64,000 nucleotides of DNA, from positions 20,570,642 through 20,634,641 of the forward strand of contig CP154954.1 of assembly GCA_039621445.1 (NCBI GenBank), in the 5' to 3' direction. The translations under genes were made by a program, and so were the position numbers. The DNA is from Euglena gracilis (lineage: Eukaryota). Shown piece after piece: positions 37,301 to 49,587 of the stretch. Numbering within the stretch: position 1 is the first letter of the stretch; every line of letters starts with the position of its first letter. The notes beneath the pieces were generated by a model. The model did no database searches. It was not told where the DNA came from and saw nothing but the letters and a program-made list of their open reading frames with translations.

Positions 37301-39925
37301 GGAAAAAGAAAGGGCAACGTTCCTTTCATTTTGCAAATATTAAGGGAACTTCAGCTTCGGATGGTTTCACCCACAATTTCTTCAACAAAGCCTGTTTCCC
37401 CGGGGGTCAAAACGCCCTGGGATGAAGTGCATGGCCAAGCAAATGCCCCAGAAAGAATCCTCTCCGGCAACCTCACCTCCCAGTAAAGCGCCTTTCAGGT
37501 CCTGCCCATACCATTAATTAAGGTGTGTCCGACCCCACCCCACCACCCCCATGGGGGGGGGGGACTGGCTAGTTTTTCCCCCGAGTGATTGACTGTTTTT
37601 TTTTCCCGGATCTGACTGGTTTTGTTTTCCCCTGGCTCTGTAGGGGGTTGGGTCGGCCAGGAATGGCTGAAAGTGGCCACCCAGTGCCGAAGGCGCCGGA
37701 GGCTTTTTTATATATAAAGGGTTTCGTCCAATATCCATTGGTTTTGGGCCATTTTTAGTTTAGTGGTATTGCCCTCACTGGCCAATGACCGACCCCGCCC
37801 TCGGTGTAGCAAGTGGGTGACTGGTTTTCAAGAAATTTGACCTTTTTGCTTTTTGCTTAGTTTTTTGAAAGCGGACAGTGACCCCCGGTGAGCAACGGTG
37901 TGGTGCCGCCCAGGACATGGTCCCAATTATGGCTGACCTGTTACGATGCAAAGCTGTCAGGTTCTAATGGTCATCCCCCCTGCCGGCCACCGAAACAACA
38001 AATTCTTGGCAGTGTTTTTCTGGTACCCCCCCCCCTAAATACCAACGCCCACCATAAACCAACCACCCCCCGGTCGGGGGTTGTAGGTGACCTGGGGAAT
38101 ATAGGTGTTTTTGGCACCTGGTTGTACGACTACCACCCGCTGGGTGGGTGCAGGTCAGGGGGTGCGTATGACCCCCCCCTTGGTCAGGGGTTGTTGGAAC
38201 CTGGTCGGTAGGCAAGGGGGGGGGGCAGTTGTAGAATCCGTGTGGCCAATCCTTGCATTTTGTGTGACATTGGTCTTGGAGTGCTCAGGGAATACCCGCC
38301 TACCCGCCTTTCAAGGGCTCAAAAAGTCATCGTCAAGTTGCAGTTGGCACGAATTTGTTGCGCCGCAAAAATTATTTCCCCCTCCTTTGCTGGCCGTGAA
38401 ATGATTGCCCTCCGGGGGGGTGCGAGTGGGGTAGGGTAGGTCTGCTTTCCGTCCTGGAGGTCCACCGGCCCAGACGTGATGCACTCTGGCCTGCCGGAGA
38501 GGTCGGCCACCCTGACCCCGGGGCCCATTGTGCCCCATGCCAACAAGACGGGCACCGTCCGGCAATATGACACGTCAGACAACACCTACCTGGTGGAGTT
38601 CACCGACGGCATTGAGAAGTGGGTGACGCGCGCCTGCTTCGACGTGGCGATTGGGCAAGGTGGGCTGAAGTGTTCATTCCCCGTTGACCTTGAGATGTTT
38701 GAAAGGGCGAGGTGTGGCGGTGGCCCATGCAACGCAGCCATGGTCTCTCCCTTTTATGGCTTCTTCTCCCCTGTTTTCCTGTTTTCCCTAAATATCCTGT
38801 TTTTTTTATATACGGTTGGCTTTCCCCTACTTCGATCCATGCCACTTTGCGACTGAGGGCGGCTTCACCCGCTGGCACATTGGCAATCAGGAAGCCCTCG
38901 GCGAAGGGAGCCCCGGGGCCCCAGGATTCAGGACAATTTCAGCATCCTTGGGCGACGCCATGCCCATGCAGCACCGGCACACGAATTCCGCCGCATTTCC
39001 GGTTTAGGGTGAGGGCCTGCTGCGCCGACCGGGTCGTCCGCGGCCCCACGTGGCAGTGGGGGAATCAGGACGGCGGTGCCGGGACCGTGGGGACTGTGGT
39101 GACCCTGGACTTCAAGGGGCCCGAGTTCGTCAAGGTGGCTTGGCCGACGGGTTCCAGACAGCAACGCCTTCGTCAGTCAAGAGGCGAATCCCTGTCAGGG
39201 AAAAGTATCCGACAAGTGTACAGCATTTGCCTGATTGGTCTCGAGAGGATGGCCGTACTGAACTACAAAATGTAAAAATGCCTGTTTTTGACAGGGAAGG
39301 ACAAAGATAAGAATTGGTGCCAAATTGGCCCCCACTTCAATCAATTTTTGCCCAACCATCGAAAGACCATCTTTTTACCATCTTTTTCACTAAAGCTGAA
39401 AGCTTTGCTGGACCCAATTCGACGACCACTGCCAATTACCGGCAAACTGACATCCAACTGAGCCCAAGTACATTCGACAAGCCCATCCCACCAAAGCCGG
39501 GGCAGATTGCAGCTTTTCTTGTAGCTTTGCGATTCTGTTGGTGTTGGTGGTGGTGGTGATGATGGAAATGCATGCCGGTGCCAGATACTCTCCTCAGCGA
39601 CAGACAGTGCACCATTGATTTTTTCATCAAGTGGGCAGCAAAGGTTTGTGCCAAATATGCTCAAGCCTCAAAAAATGCCACTCTAATTGTACTGGAATTT
39701 CCAAACCTCATTACCTGTTTGTGACAAGTCTCCATGTGTTTTTTTTTATGTGCCGAAGCGTAATGAGCTGCATGTTGAAATGGACGCTGACCCAACCACA
39801 AACCCTAGTGGCAAGTCTTCTGCCTTGACTCACAGGGCTTTGCAATAACCAATTTTTTGCTCGCTTTATCGTCGTCGTCGTCGTCGTCATCATCATCATC
39901 ATCTTCATCATCATCATCATCATCC

Positions 39926-39968
<43 letters not shown>

Positions 39969-42490
39969 CATCATCATCATAACCACCACCATCGTCAGCA
40001 CCTCTTCTTCCTCTTCACAGAAATAACTCATCCGTTTTGATGTTCCTTGGACATCATCCAGATGCAGCTGCCCCCCCCCCCGGCCTGCTAGAGGGTTTTG
40101 AGTCTCTTGGGGATGGAATGATTTGACTCCTCTTTGAAAAGCTGACTCCAGCTTGTCCAAACAAAGTGAGCGGAAACTGATTGTTGTGCACTGTCGACCT
40201 CCTACCAGCGGGAAGTTCTGCCAGCAGATCTGGCTAATGAGAATATATACATATACCATACATCAGGGGGAACAAACGCGTTTACAAACTTGTTTTCGGG
40301 GCGTTTTTTTTTTCTTTCGATTTTGGCAAAATTTGCTTTTTTTGCGGTTTTTTTTTGCTTTTTTCCCCGGCGGTTTTTGTTGGAAAATAACTATGAAGAA
40401 TCCCTCATTTTGGCCCTGATTTTCCCCGAAACCAAATTTTGGTCAAGAAGTTGCATTTTTTTTTGTCATATTTCATTTTCTTGCATTTTTTTTGTTGTGT
40501 GTTTTTCTTGGTCTCGTTTTTTTTTTGTGGGTCGATGTTGCATTTCCCCTCCCCTGCATGTGTACACACATGTGTGTGTATAAATATTTGCATGTGTGTG
40601 TGTGGGTGTGTGTGCATGTCTTCTTGCCAATCATCTGGTGTAAAAAAAATGTCTGTTTGACAGAAATTTTCTTTCGAAATTTATATTTTTTCTTAAACGT
40701 ATATTTTCAGGCTTTTTGAAATTCAAAGCCTTTTTTAAAAGCAATATGGAAGTTGCAGCAGAAATGTGTGCAGTGGTTCAAAAGGAATCCACATACAACC
40801 TGCATTCTTTGCACTTTTTGGCATTACATACTTTGAGGTTCTTTTTTTGACGTTTTTTTTCAGGTTGAAAAATTCTCCTGTACTCGACACATTTATTTAC
40901 TTTTTTTGTACGCGTTTTAAAATTTGCAGGGTTTGAGTGATATGCGTGATATATTTTGAGGGTATGTGTGATGGTTTGGGGTGGCCCTTTCAGCTGCAGT
41001 TTGTGGATACCCCAACATCCCCCCCCCTGTGAGACAAAAAGAGCAGGGAGGAGAGGAGAGGAGGACCTTGGAGTCCTGCCTCGCCAGGTTTCAGCCCTCC
41101 AGTCGGCTGGGCCCTGCTCTTGCCTGAGCTACAAAAGCTCCTAACGGAGCTGAACCTCTTCACCCCAGCCAACGTTGATATCCTGGTCGAAGCTGGATGG
41201 GGGTGCAGTTTGGACACACGCACACACACCTCACAAACGAGCTGATAATGTTTCCGTTCATTTTCCCTCACTGCCCCGATTGCCCTTTCTGACGTGCCTC
41301 CATCCCCAACCGGTGTTATGCCGTGTTGGGATATGTGCCATATGCCACCTGTCACATGCCCCCCTGGATGTCGTGTAACCATTCATCTGTCGATTCTATT
41401 CCCCCCCCCCCAGAAACTGTTCTTTGCCTCCTGTGCCCAGTTACCATATAGGGAGGGACCTGTCTCTTTCCTATTCTATTATTGACTCGTTGACTTCTCT
41501 GGAGACTCTCCTTGAGGGGGGTGGGTAAGTTGGTAAGGTTGGATTTTCAAATGGGGACCTGTGGGAGTAGTGGCCACAAACGAGGGGGATTTCGCCCCCT
41601 GCGGAGAGGGTCGGTGGTGACCCCCAGCGGCGAAGGCCCCCCATCGCTGTCAAACTGGACCTCCGGCCGATACGACTCCTTGCCGGCGTTGGTCTTCGCA
41701 GAGAAGGACGAGCTGGTGCAGCGCGGCATGAAAGTCCCCCACGCAAAGCTGAGCAGCTCCTGCCCGTTGGGTGCCGAATTAAGCTGATTGCTGACAGGTG
41801 GGAAGGATGGTGCATATTCGGGTGGATGGTACACGTTTGTCAGGGTATTTGTGGCATTGGATAGCATTTTGAAACCATGTGCAGGGGCATACAATTTTAG
41901 CGACCTCCTGAGGGGGTGATGTTCGGGAAATGGGTTTTGAAAAAAAAACCAACATTTTCAACCCACGTCATGCCTGGACCAATTTTGGTTAATTTTTCTC
42001 GGTTTGATTTTGGAATCGACAATTCCTAAAATCTATTCAAAATATGTATCCAAACATAATCAAAAACCCGAAAATTTGCATTTTTTGAATACTTTTGCGT
42101 TCTTTTTGCTGTTCTGATGGTGTTTATTTTTTTGTGTGAAAAAGTCTGAAGGATAGGCCAAAACATGCACCGCATGACACACACAGTCACATGATTTTGT
42201 GCGTAAACAAGTTTTCCTGGACGAGGAGAAAGTATTTCAGTCCTCTCCGGCAGAAAAGTGAGCATCCCGGGAAGCTCGTGACGCAACCTCCATTGTGTTT
42301 TGCCATCGTGCGAAACGTCTCTGTCCCCCCACTGCCGGGGGGAGTGCCACCGCTGCCTGCCCGCCCCCCCCCCTCCGCTCTGTGGCAGTCGCTGGCCGCA
42401 CTGCTGAGCAGTCTGCCGGGGGAGTCCGCGCTGAAGTTCAAACCGGGGGACCGCCGCCGGGACTCCCCGACGTTCGGCCCGGGGGTCCCT
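16329..42490 (+). CDS. Multidomain SPRY / Mind-bomb-type SH3-like repeat / ZZ-like zinc finger / MIB-HERC2 / SAM protein, about 27 exons, 3' end not resolved
   Basis: Exons read by hand: 16329-16445, ~17050-17217, 18071-18151, 18901-18990, 19333-19364, 20813-~20867, ~21528-21704, 22012-22053, 22762-~22833, ~23825-23986, ~24476-24523, 25168-25316, 25935-25968, 26291-~26385, ~26972-27055, 28402-28482, 31385-31588, ~35190-35229, ~35932-36054, ~36461-36530, ~37010-37088, 38499-38652, ~39024-39150, ~41122-41195, 41669-41750, 42400-~42490. Resolved joins keep frame, and the internal repeats align with each other. Confidence 0.75.
16405..20867 (+). CDS. Gene B, SPRY-like domain copy 1 (6 exons)
   Basis: [13 protein letters not shown]|...[131 protein letters not shown]-type motifs WEV, VGV, G..V.V, FAVSL. 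Confidence 0.75.
16793..16945. repeat. 17-bp tandem repeat, 9 copies (GTCACATGGTAGAATTT)
   Basis: Read directly; no spacers. Confidence 0.9.
17218..18070 (+). other. Non-conventional intron
   Basis: ttcCAGGGCAATG...CATTGCTCTGccccc; join MCG|NNFLG. Confidence 0.8.
18152..18900 (+). other. Non-conventional intron
   Basis: ggcGAGGCTGAGAC...GTCTCGGCCTCtctgg; join FMTA|GKSFG. Confidence 0.75.
18991..19332 (+). other. Non-conventional intron retaining an 8-bp TSD
   Basis: ccgtg|gatGAGGGCGTCGCTCAATG...CACTGAGCGCATGCCCTGccgtg|gac; join VTV|DGK. Confidence 0.85.
19365..20812 (+). other. Non-conventional intron, phase 2
   Basis: ggcCAGGGCTGCG...CGAAGCCCTGcttga; AA|G restores K-MAGSYRF. Confidence 0.8.
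21705..22011 (+). other. Non-conventional intron
   Basis: agcCAGGGGTT...AACCCCTGgtcct; join AVA|GKTG. Confidence 0.8.
22054..22761 (+). other. Non-conventional intron with AAG/CTT termini
   Basis: gcaAAGGCCCA...TGGGCCTTgcccc; join DSDN|TYLV matches the uninterrupted DTSDNTYLV at 38569-38595. Confidence 0.85.
22535..22725. repeat. (GT)n/(GA)n microsatellite
   Basis: Read directly. Confidence 0.95.
22897..23212. repeat. (GTAT)n followed by a TA-rich microsatellite
   Basis: Read directly. Confidence 0.95.
23825..25316 (+). CDS. Gene B, two Cys/His-rich zinc-finger repeats (ZZ/C1-like)
   Basis: [46 protein letters not shown] and [46 protein letters not shown] align with identical Cys/His spacing. 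Confidence 0.8.
24524..25167 (+). other. Non-conventional intron
   Basis: ggcCAG..CGGCTTG...CAAGCCG..CTGccgcc; join FNT|ETSTWSC. Confidence 0.75.
25315..31588 (+). CDS. Gene B, SPRY-like domain copy 2
   Basis: [35 protein letters not shown]...[90 protein letters not shown]...WRFAASLC is collinear with copy 1. Confidence 0.75.
25317..25934 (+). other. Non-conventional intron, phase 2
   Basis: gacCAGGGC...GCCCTGccccc; TG|G restores [10 protein letters not shown], matching [10 protein letters not shown] of copy 1. Confidence 0.85.
27056..28401 (+). other. Non-conventional intron with CAT/ATG termini
   Basis: gacCATGGGC...GCCCATGctgtc; join ECG|DYYLG. Confidence 0.8.
28483..31384 (+). other. 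Non-conventional intron with CGG/CCG termini
   Basis: gcaCGGGGTCCC...GGGGCCCCGccggc; join LYAS|NDPIG. Confidence 0.75.
29716..30076. mobile_element. hAT-like MITE, family 1
   Basis: Perfect 17-bp TIR CAGGCATTTGCTTAAGG; perfect 8-bp TSD GTCCCCCC on both sides. Confidence 0.9.
31639..32103. mobile_element. hAT-like MITE
   Basis: Perfect 16-bp TIR CAGGGGATTTCTTAAG; decayed TSD ATTTGGAC/GTTTGAAT. The same left end recurs at about 7509, 22121 and 24053. Confidence 0.8.
33071..33460. repeat. Tandem direct repeat with ~220-bp period within a larger repetitive block (~32780-33480)
   Basis: GAAAACGGCTAAGTCGAACAG...GGTCTCCAGACATTTCCTTTGATTTTGC occurs from 33071 and again from 33291. Confidence 0.8.
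34244..34625. mobile_element. hAT-like MITE, family 1, second copy
   Basis: Body closely similar to 29716-30076; TIR CAGGC..TGCTTAAGG; perfect 8-bp TSD AATGGGAT. Confidence 0.9.
36844..36927. repeat. 11-bp tandem repeat (GTCACACAAGT)
   Basis: Read directly. Confidence 0.9.
37089..38498 (+). other. Non-conventional intron, phase 2
   Basis: accCAGGCC...GGCCTGccgga; CT|G gives EVL-RSAT. Confidence 0.7.
39024..39150 (+). CDS. Gene B exon, MIB/HERC2 domain
   Basis: [25 protein letters not shown]...VKVAW matches the MIB-HERC2 signature RVVRGxDWxWxxQDGG. Confidence 0.88.
39868..39995. repeat. (CGT)n/(CAT)n trinucleotide repeat
   Basis: Read directly. Confidence 0.9.
41122..41750 (+). CDS. Gene B exons, SAM-like domain
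   Basis: [52 protein letters not shown] has the helical SAM pattern (L..L.L ... G.D.L ... L...G.K..H..L). Confidence 0.6.
41751..42399 (+). other. Non-conventional intron, phase 2
   Basis: gagCAGCTCCTGCC...GGCAGTCGCTGgccgc; join KL|LLSSLP. Confidence 0.7.
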
Positions 42491-44621
42491 TCGCCCTCCA
42501 TTGACCCCAGGGGCAGTCCAAGGGGCACAGACAGGTCTGGCCCCCCTCCCGGGCCTCCTCGTCTCCTCTTCCGCTTCGGGATTATTGTTCTCCGCTGCCT
42601 CTGGCCCCCGCTATTTCGAAGTCTCTTTCGTGGACGTTTCCCCTCGGGATTCCCCCCCAAACGTACTGTTTTTTGAATTCGTGTTTCTTGGGGGTGCTGC
42701 TTTTCCATGGCTGCTACTCACGGCTTGTACAGAGTTTTTGAGCTTGTACATGTTTTTGGTGGTTTGAAGAAGAAACAGACGCCGAACTGCCCCACTCCTG
42801 GTTGGAGGACGCGTTGTCAGGAGAACACTGTCGAAACTGCGCCTGCGAGCATCACCTAACAGTTAGAAAAATTTGGCAGATGCTGCAGTTCTCTCCAGTA
42901 AACAGCTGTAATTGCATGCCTGCTGGGCGTACTGGGCATCCCAGATGCACCAAACAGGGAAATTTTTTTTTGGCAGACCCATTCTTTCTGATGAGTTATC
43001 CGATCCTTGGTCCGGAAGCAGCAGTAGTGTCCATTTTTCATAAGTTCTTTTGATTTGATAACAGCTAATGAGCAGGGACAGAGTGGAATTTGCAATCGAT
43101 GTTGCATCAGGCTCAGGCTTCCTAATTTCATTTCAGAAACAACTCTCTTCCTCAACTATGTCTCCAGGCGGCCACTTTGCACTCTGTCCAGCATGTAATC
43201 ACAAAATGTGTTCGGTTGCATTCCTCGTGGCTTCCCTGGTTGTATTGGGCAGCCAAATTCCTGTACGTTCGTTCTCAGAAAAAAATGGTGAGTTTGCAGC
43301 GTGCCTCCATTTTCCAGGAAGGGAGCCTCTGCAACCATGTTGCAGCCCGGTCCCAATTTCTTGGAAATCATCGAGGCTTCCAGGTTTACGGAAAACCACA
43401 TATTTGACCAGTTGGCAGATGGGTCGGCTTTCAATTCTCAAATCAGAATAAATTTGATGCAGTGATTATCATGCTCGTCCCCATGCGATCCCCATACGGT
43501 TTTTATTCGTCGTTCATCGAGTGCTTTTGCTTTCTCAGGAACACCAAGCACACTTTGCTGTTGGTAGCTTCTCCTTTTATCTCATTTGTTTCTCATTTTT
43601 GATTGAACTCGCCAGTTTTTTGTAATCTGGGCGATGGATTCTGCCTCCTCATTTTTTTTGCTCTCTTTCTGATCATGACCGCCGCTCCGCTTCCATCATA
43701 CGCCAAAGAGGAGAAAATGGAAGCCCCAGACATTGCGGGCTTTCTGGAGCAGAAGGAGCGGTTTAGCCAAGGCAGGTCATCCAAGGTATGGCCAGCACCT
43801 TTTTTTGTGTGGAAATGAACATCCTTTCAATAGATCTGATGTGCTGAATATGACCCAGATTGAAAGCTTTTGCTAAAAATTGCTGATTTAGTTCCCCGCA
43901 GTCGCTTATTTGTCTCCATTTGGTCTGCCCCCCTTCTGCTTTTGAATTCAGAAACCAGGGGCATTGGACACACACCATTGCTAACTGACTCCTGACGGTC
44001 GCCTCAATAGTATCATTTGACAACGCTCATTTTTTTTGGCCAAAATGCTTTAAAATACTAGAAACCCTAATAAATTTATTCCGGCAAAATGAAATTCACC
44101 CGAGCAAAAATGACGTCGCAAAAATCTCCGTTAACAAAAGCCCAACCCCAGAGAAAAAAAGGATTCCTGGCATCGCAGGAACATTTCTGTCCCTCCCAAC
44201 CCCCCAAAATGAGGCTTTTTCTTCTTCTTCAAGGTTTCGACCCCGTTTGATGCCGAGTGGGCCCTGGGACAAACCTTGAAAACAGAACCTTAAAAACAAC
44301 TGTCAGAAACCTAATAAAAAGCAGTGAAAATGTCTTAAAAACCTTTGAATCCTTGCCGTCGAAAATTCCTTCGGTGCTGAATGGAAATTTTGCGGGGGGA
44401 GTGGGTGGTCCTATTCTTTGAAGGGTTTCCTCTCTCTCTATTTTCGGCGAAACACTGAAAAATTTTGGCCCCAAAATCGACACCCTAAGAGCCCCGAGAG
44501 CAGGTCCCCCGCCCCCCAAAGGGTGGAGGGTTGGGTGGGGGCCAACCCCCTCCTTCGGGTCCCTGCTTCTTTGCCCCCACAGCCAGCGGCCTGCTTTGGC
44601 CGACCGCCCTTCAGGCCACAG

Positions 44622-44934
44622 CAGGGCAGTCTTTAAGGGACAGGAAAGTTTTTTATTTCCTTAAGGGCCGCCCCCCCCCCCCTTTCGGCCAAAGGGCCGG
44701 CCAAGGGCCAGACTGGGATTTGAACAGGGGCAGAAATTTAACAGTCGGAAATAACAGTTTTTGATGATTTGGGTGGATGGACGATGGTCCAAGGGTGCCA
44801 GGAACCAATTTTTTTCCCGATGTCGACCTGTTCTCGCCGAAAAATGCCAAAATTTCTTGCCATTTTCTTGTGCATTTTTTATTGAGTGTGCTGGGACAGC
44901 GAAGTTGTTTTTCATTTGCTTAAGAACCGCCCTG
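44622..44934. mobile_element. hAT-like MITE
   Basis: CAGGGCAGTCTTTAAG...CTTAAGAACCGCCCTG; perfect 8-bp TSD GGCCACAG. Confidence 0.85.
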
Positions 44935-45588
44935 GGCCACAGAGGCCGGTGCAGCGGGCGCCCAGCCCCTCGTATTGCGCCAACGAAGGGGGCTCCGCAC
45001 CCGTCAGAGGCCCCCCGTACTCCTCAACAGATGGTTCTCGGCGATGGGCGGCGGCCTCTCTTTGAGCCCCTCTTTGCAAAAGAGTTTCATCGACTCACAA
45101 AGTGTCAGAGTCTCTTATGACCCCCCCCATGTCTAATTACCACCTCCCTGGTAGAAACATCCTTTTTCGAGGACAGTCCAGTCCGTGGACCTTTTTGTTT
45201 TTTTGACCGAAAGAACCCCTTCTAACGACAGAACCCCCCCCCCCCTGGCAGAGTGCAGAAACCATTTTCACCCAGAGAACCCTATGTCTAACGGCCACCT
45301 CCCCTCCCCAGTCGAAGGATAGAGATTGTCGGTCGTTGTACATTCCCCCGGGGAAACTGTCACCGAACCTTCGTGCTCGCTGACGTGTCATTGTGCCGCT
45401 GACCTTTCACCATGGGGACCTGACACCTACCTCTGTACTTGCTGACGTGACAGGTGACAGTTTCCCAGGTAAAAATATTTTGGCAGTTTGAATGAATTCC
45501 GCATTTTCCTTTCTCCACTGTCACGTCTGGTGACACTGTCGGACTCACTTCGCAGGTTTGCCTTATATCTTTGCCATTTGATTCTCCG

Positions 45589-45976
45589 CAGGGTTCGATA
45601 TAAGGAGATAGTGGTAGTACGGGGTTTAGGTGGGGGGTGTCCCCCCCACCTCCTCCTGGACTGGAGCGGGTCTGGACCCCCCCCCCCATCTGCCAAGGGG
45701 GGTCTGCACCGACACGGGGACCCCTCCCCAAAAGGTCAAATTTTCCTTCCGGTGCGTGTTTGCGTCGATTTTTTTTTGCATTTTTGACAATTTTTTTTGC
45801 CCCAAAAGTGCCCAAAATGGCACTTTTTGGCCGTTTTGGGTGGGTCGAATTTCTCGGCCCGGCGCTTTGCGCCGGGATGAAAATCCGTTACCTGGGCCGC
45901 TCCATTGTTCCCCCCCCACCCTCCCTACTAGGGGGGGGGTTATGACCCACCCCACCGGCTGTTATATCGAACCCTG
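45589..45976. mobile_element. hAT-like MITE
   Basis: Perfect 15-bp TIR CAGGGTTCGATATAA; TSD ATTCTCCG/ATTCCCCG (7/8). Related fragments end at about 2862 and 35878. Confidence 0.85.
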
Positions 45977-46654
45977 ATTCCCCGCCAGACTGATTTTTAT
46001 CGTGCCTGCAGCAATGCCAGTGACTCACGGTTCCACCTCACCGAACATCACTAAAAACCAAAGAAATGTAAAAAAAGACAAAAATCAACAAATATTTACC
46101 ATGGTCTCGGGGAAAATCCGAAATCGCCGGGAAAGAAAACACAAGAAAACGCAAAAAAAAAGCAAATTCTGCCAAAATCGAAAAATGCAAAAAAAAACCA
46201 CAAAAAAACATGTTTGCTCCCCCCCCCCTCCGGTTCCAGCACACCGATGCTTCTGTTTTGGACTTGGAGACTTCCACTGAATATGTCGGCCAGGAACGGA
46301 TCCCCAGGTGGGATCCTGGGGCATGGCAATTTCCTGGGGGGTCTGGGTATTTGATGCTAGGCCTCGACACCGTTAGTGTAACACTGGTGTAAAACCAATG
46401 GAACCGCTACATACAGGCTGGGTATTCCCCGAGCCCTGCCCTGGCGGCAAAGGGGACCCTTGCCCCACCACCAAGGCGCTGTTGTGGCTGTACACGCTGG
46501 ACTCCTGGGTGTACAAGCACTGCAACCTTGCCTGCCGGGAAGGCCGCTGGGGGTCCCACGCGGCATCATTTTTCTGAGCACTGACGTGGTCGGTGTGCCT
46601 CTCCATTCCTGCCCTGATATGTTCCGTCATCAAATTCTGAAAAGCTATCCATGT

Positions 46655-47075
46655 GCACGATAGCCCCCCCCCCCCAATTAGAAGCCCCCCGGGGCTATTA
46701 TTCGGTCACTCTGCGGAAAAACCCGAGGGGGGGGGGCTTCTATTTGGGTACCCTTTGTCTAAAGGAAAAACTTCGGCCGGCGGTCCATCCGGGGATCGAA
46801 CGGGGTCCAAGTTTAAAAAATTGCAAGGCGCATTTATTCTAGTTTTTGGGTGGATAGGCCATGTTTCAAGGATACTAGATATCACTTTTGTTCCCAATGT
46901 CGACCTTTTTCCGTGGAGAATTTTCGAGTTTTTCACCATTTTTCGGAATTTTTTTCGTCAAATTTCCCCCCGGCTTTGCCCGGGGGGGGGGGCTGTTATT
47001 TGGATTTTTGGCGGGAAACCTGAGGGGGGGGGGGCTTCTATTTGGGGGGGGGCTTCTAATTGGGGGGGTTTATGA
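46655..47075. mobile_element. MITE-like element with CCCCCCAATTAGAAGCCCCCC inverted ends
   Basis: 21-bp inverted repeat at both ends and an internal duplicated motif. Confidence 0.65.
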
Positions 47076-49587
47076 TGCCATGGCCTTTTGTTAGATTAGG
47101 GTGGAACTATTAAATCTGTTTTTTTCCTTGCCTTGAGGCCGAGTCCGACTTTGAGAGCGAGCAGATGCGGAACGATGTTGGTATTCCCAGAAGTGGGTTT
47201 GATTTTTTTTTGTGTTTGAAATGCTGCAAAAAGACTCCCCAAAATCCAGTCCTGAGCAACCACACTCCCGATGGCCCCAGTCCCAACCTTGCCAGGTGCC
47301 CCTCCCCACCAGGTACTCAATAAAATGTTCGTAAGATCTGGTGTTGTCCAAGCTTAAGCGACCCCTCTTGAGCCCCTCTTTGCCACCAAAAGAGTGGCTA
47401 AACTGCGACCTATTATCACTTTTTGTGCCACTCTGCTCCTCAACCTCCTTGTCTACCCACCGTCCTTAGAGATGGGGTGCCCCCCACTCCCCCCTGCAGG
47501 ATTGAATGGGTCCCAGGACGCTCATGTGTAAGGATTGAAATGGGTCTCCTGGCGTCAGTGATCGGAAGAGGAATCTGACGTTCTTCATGCCCTTCATCAA
47601 GGCGCTTATTATTGGGACCCGTGCTGTACTGCCGCCACCTGCGACATAAGGACCAACATCATTCACATTAATTGCAAATCAAGAGAATAATCTCATAATA
47701 AAATACTTATTGACTTAAGAAAATATCTCTTACTCTTTCTCCAATAATAATCTTTCATTGTGGGCTGGCGTTCAAAGAAGGGCGTGCCAAACGTTGCGAG
47801 GAATCAGAAAGCTCCTATTTCTTGGTTAATAAAGCTTCACATAGAGACCACTCCTGTGACGATTGGATGTACGCTCATCCACACTCAGACCCAATTTTGT
47901 TTGTGGTCGCTCTCTCTCTTGCACTACAAGCAATGAATGCAAGAAGAAGTGCTGCCGGAGGGCGGACGAAAGGCCCTAAACTTCCAGCAAATGCCAAAGC
48001 CTAACCAAATCAGCCGCATATCTGCCGCAATTTTACCCACATTTTTTGAAGGCATATGCTATCAATCCCCTCCCCTGTGTTTCCAACTGAGCCTCACCCA
48101 GAAAGGAATTTTTCTGCCTTTTTAACACCCCAGATATGAAGTCCCCCGGCTTTATATTTGGATGGGATTTCAAGACCCTCGGGGGGGGGGGGCTTTATAT
48201 TGGGGGGGCTTTATATTTGGGGGGGAATCAAACCTTTTTGGCTGACCTCTATAACCTTCGGCGGCCTTCAATTGTGGCCATATACCTGTTTTATACCAAT
48301 TTTTTGTTGTGTGCCTCCCATTCTTCGCAGAAATGTGCAGGTCTTATCCAATATGGAGCATATCTGGTTAAAAAAAATGTTGTATCCACCCAAAATCTTT
48401 CTTAGTTGTGGACCCCCGGGCCGGCCAAGCCCCCCCCCCCCCGGGGACCCCCTAGGGGGGAGTGGGTTATAAATTCATTCTGAAAAAAGTTGGATTGGAC
48501 CAAAATTTTGTGTGGTGTCTTTTTGCTTTTTGTCTTTTTTTGGCAATGGGTTTCTAGCCAGCACCTCTTTTCCAGCCAGCAGCTCCCATCCAGGGTTCGA
48601 ACCTCTGCCAAGGCGGGAATCGTTAAAATGAAGTTGGGGCCTTTACACAGCCGAGCGAAAAATTATCAGTGCAGAGGGCGAAAACTTAGAGCGAAAATTT
48701 TTGCAAAAAGGTTTTAAAATGGCCCAAAAGGTGTTTTTACCACAATTTTGGCTTTCCACTCACCAGAGTACGGCAGGTGTCATTTTGATTGCCAGTTTTC
48801 AAGGATGGGTCCAACTGGTATCCAGTTTACATGAATGTGCACAGTTCGCGGATGCGCAATGAAAAACAAATGTTGACACATGTTGTTATTATTGCGCAAG
48901 TGCGCAATCATCCCCCAAATTTAGAACAACAAAAAATAAATAAAAACATTGCGCCAAAGCGCAATGTGTTCAATTTTTTTTGTAATAAAAAATATGTTGC
49001 TCCCTGGGCAACTGCGCAATGGAGTCCCCTCGTTTCATTACCTGGCGCTTTGTGTTCAGGACCCCCCTTCCCCCAGGGTCCAGCCAGCAGTTTTTTTTCC
49101 AGCTGCCAGAACCTCCGAGACTCCTTAAGAAGTTTCTTCTGCTCGCCTGGCAGCTTCCAGGCTAACTACCCTGGGGGGTCTGGCTTCCCAGTGTCCTCTC
49201 GTTTCGGTTTTGGGGAAACATGTCCCATGAGCAAACTCTGTACAAGCAGGGTAAGTCCGGGTTTTTTGAGGAACAGGTTTTTGGTTAGGACCAGCGGACC
49301 AAAATATTGCCACATGCAGGGCAAAAGATCGGTGAGAAGTTTGGTTCCAAATTACAAATCATCCGAGGCCCAAATATTCTTTAAAATACTAAGTATTTCT
49401 AAATTCGGCCTAATTTTAGTCCTCATGGTCTGCGGGGGGGGGGGCTTTGGTCTGGACACGGTTTCTCATTTGTGTGAATGTTTTGGGAACAGGTGTACAG
49501 GAACTTTGTGGGAAGTTTGCGTTACTTCATGGAGTTCGGGTTAGGTTTTGAGTGGTTAGGGTTAAAGGTCAGCATTCGCCCCAAATA

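Noticed and set aside
43675-43786. Possible separate gene start MTAAPLPSYAKEEK... with a GT donor
   Set aside because: No recognisable homology and no downstream exons could be linked, so it is left unassigned.
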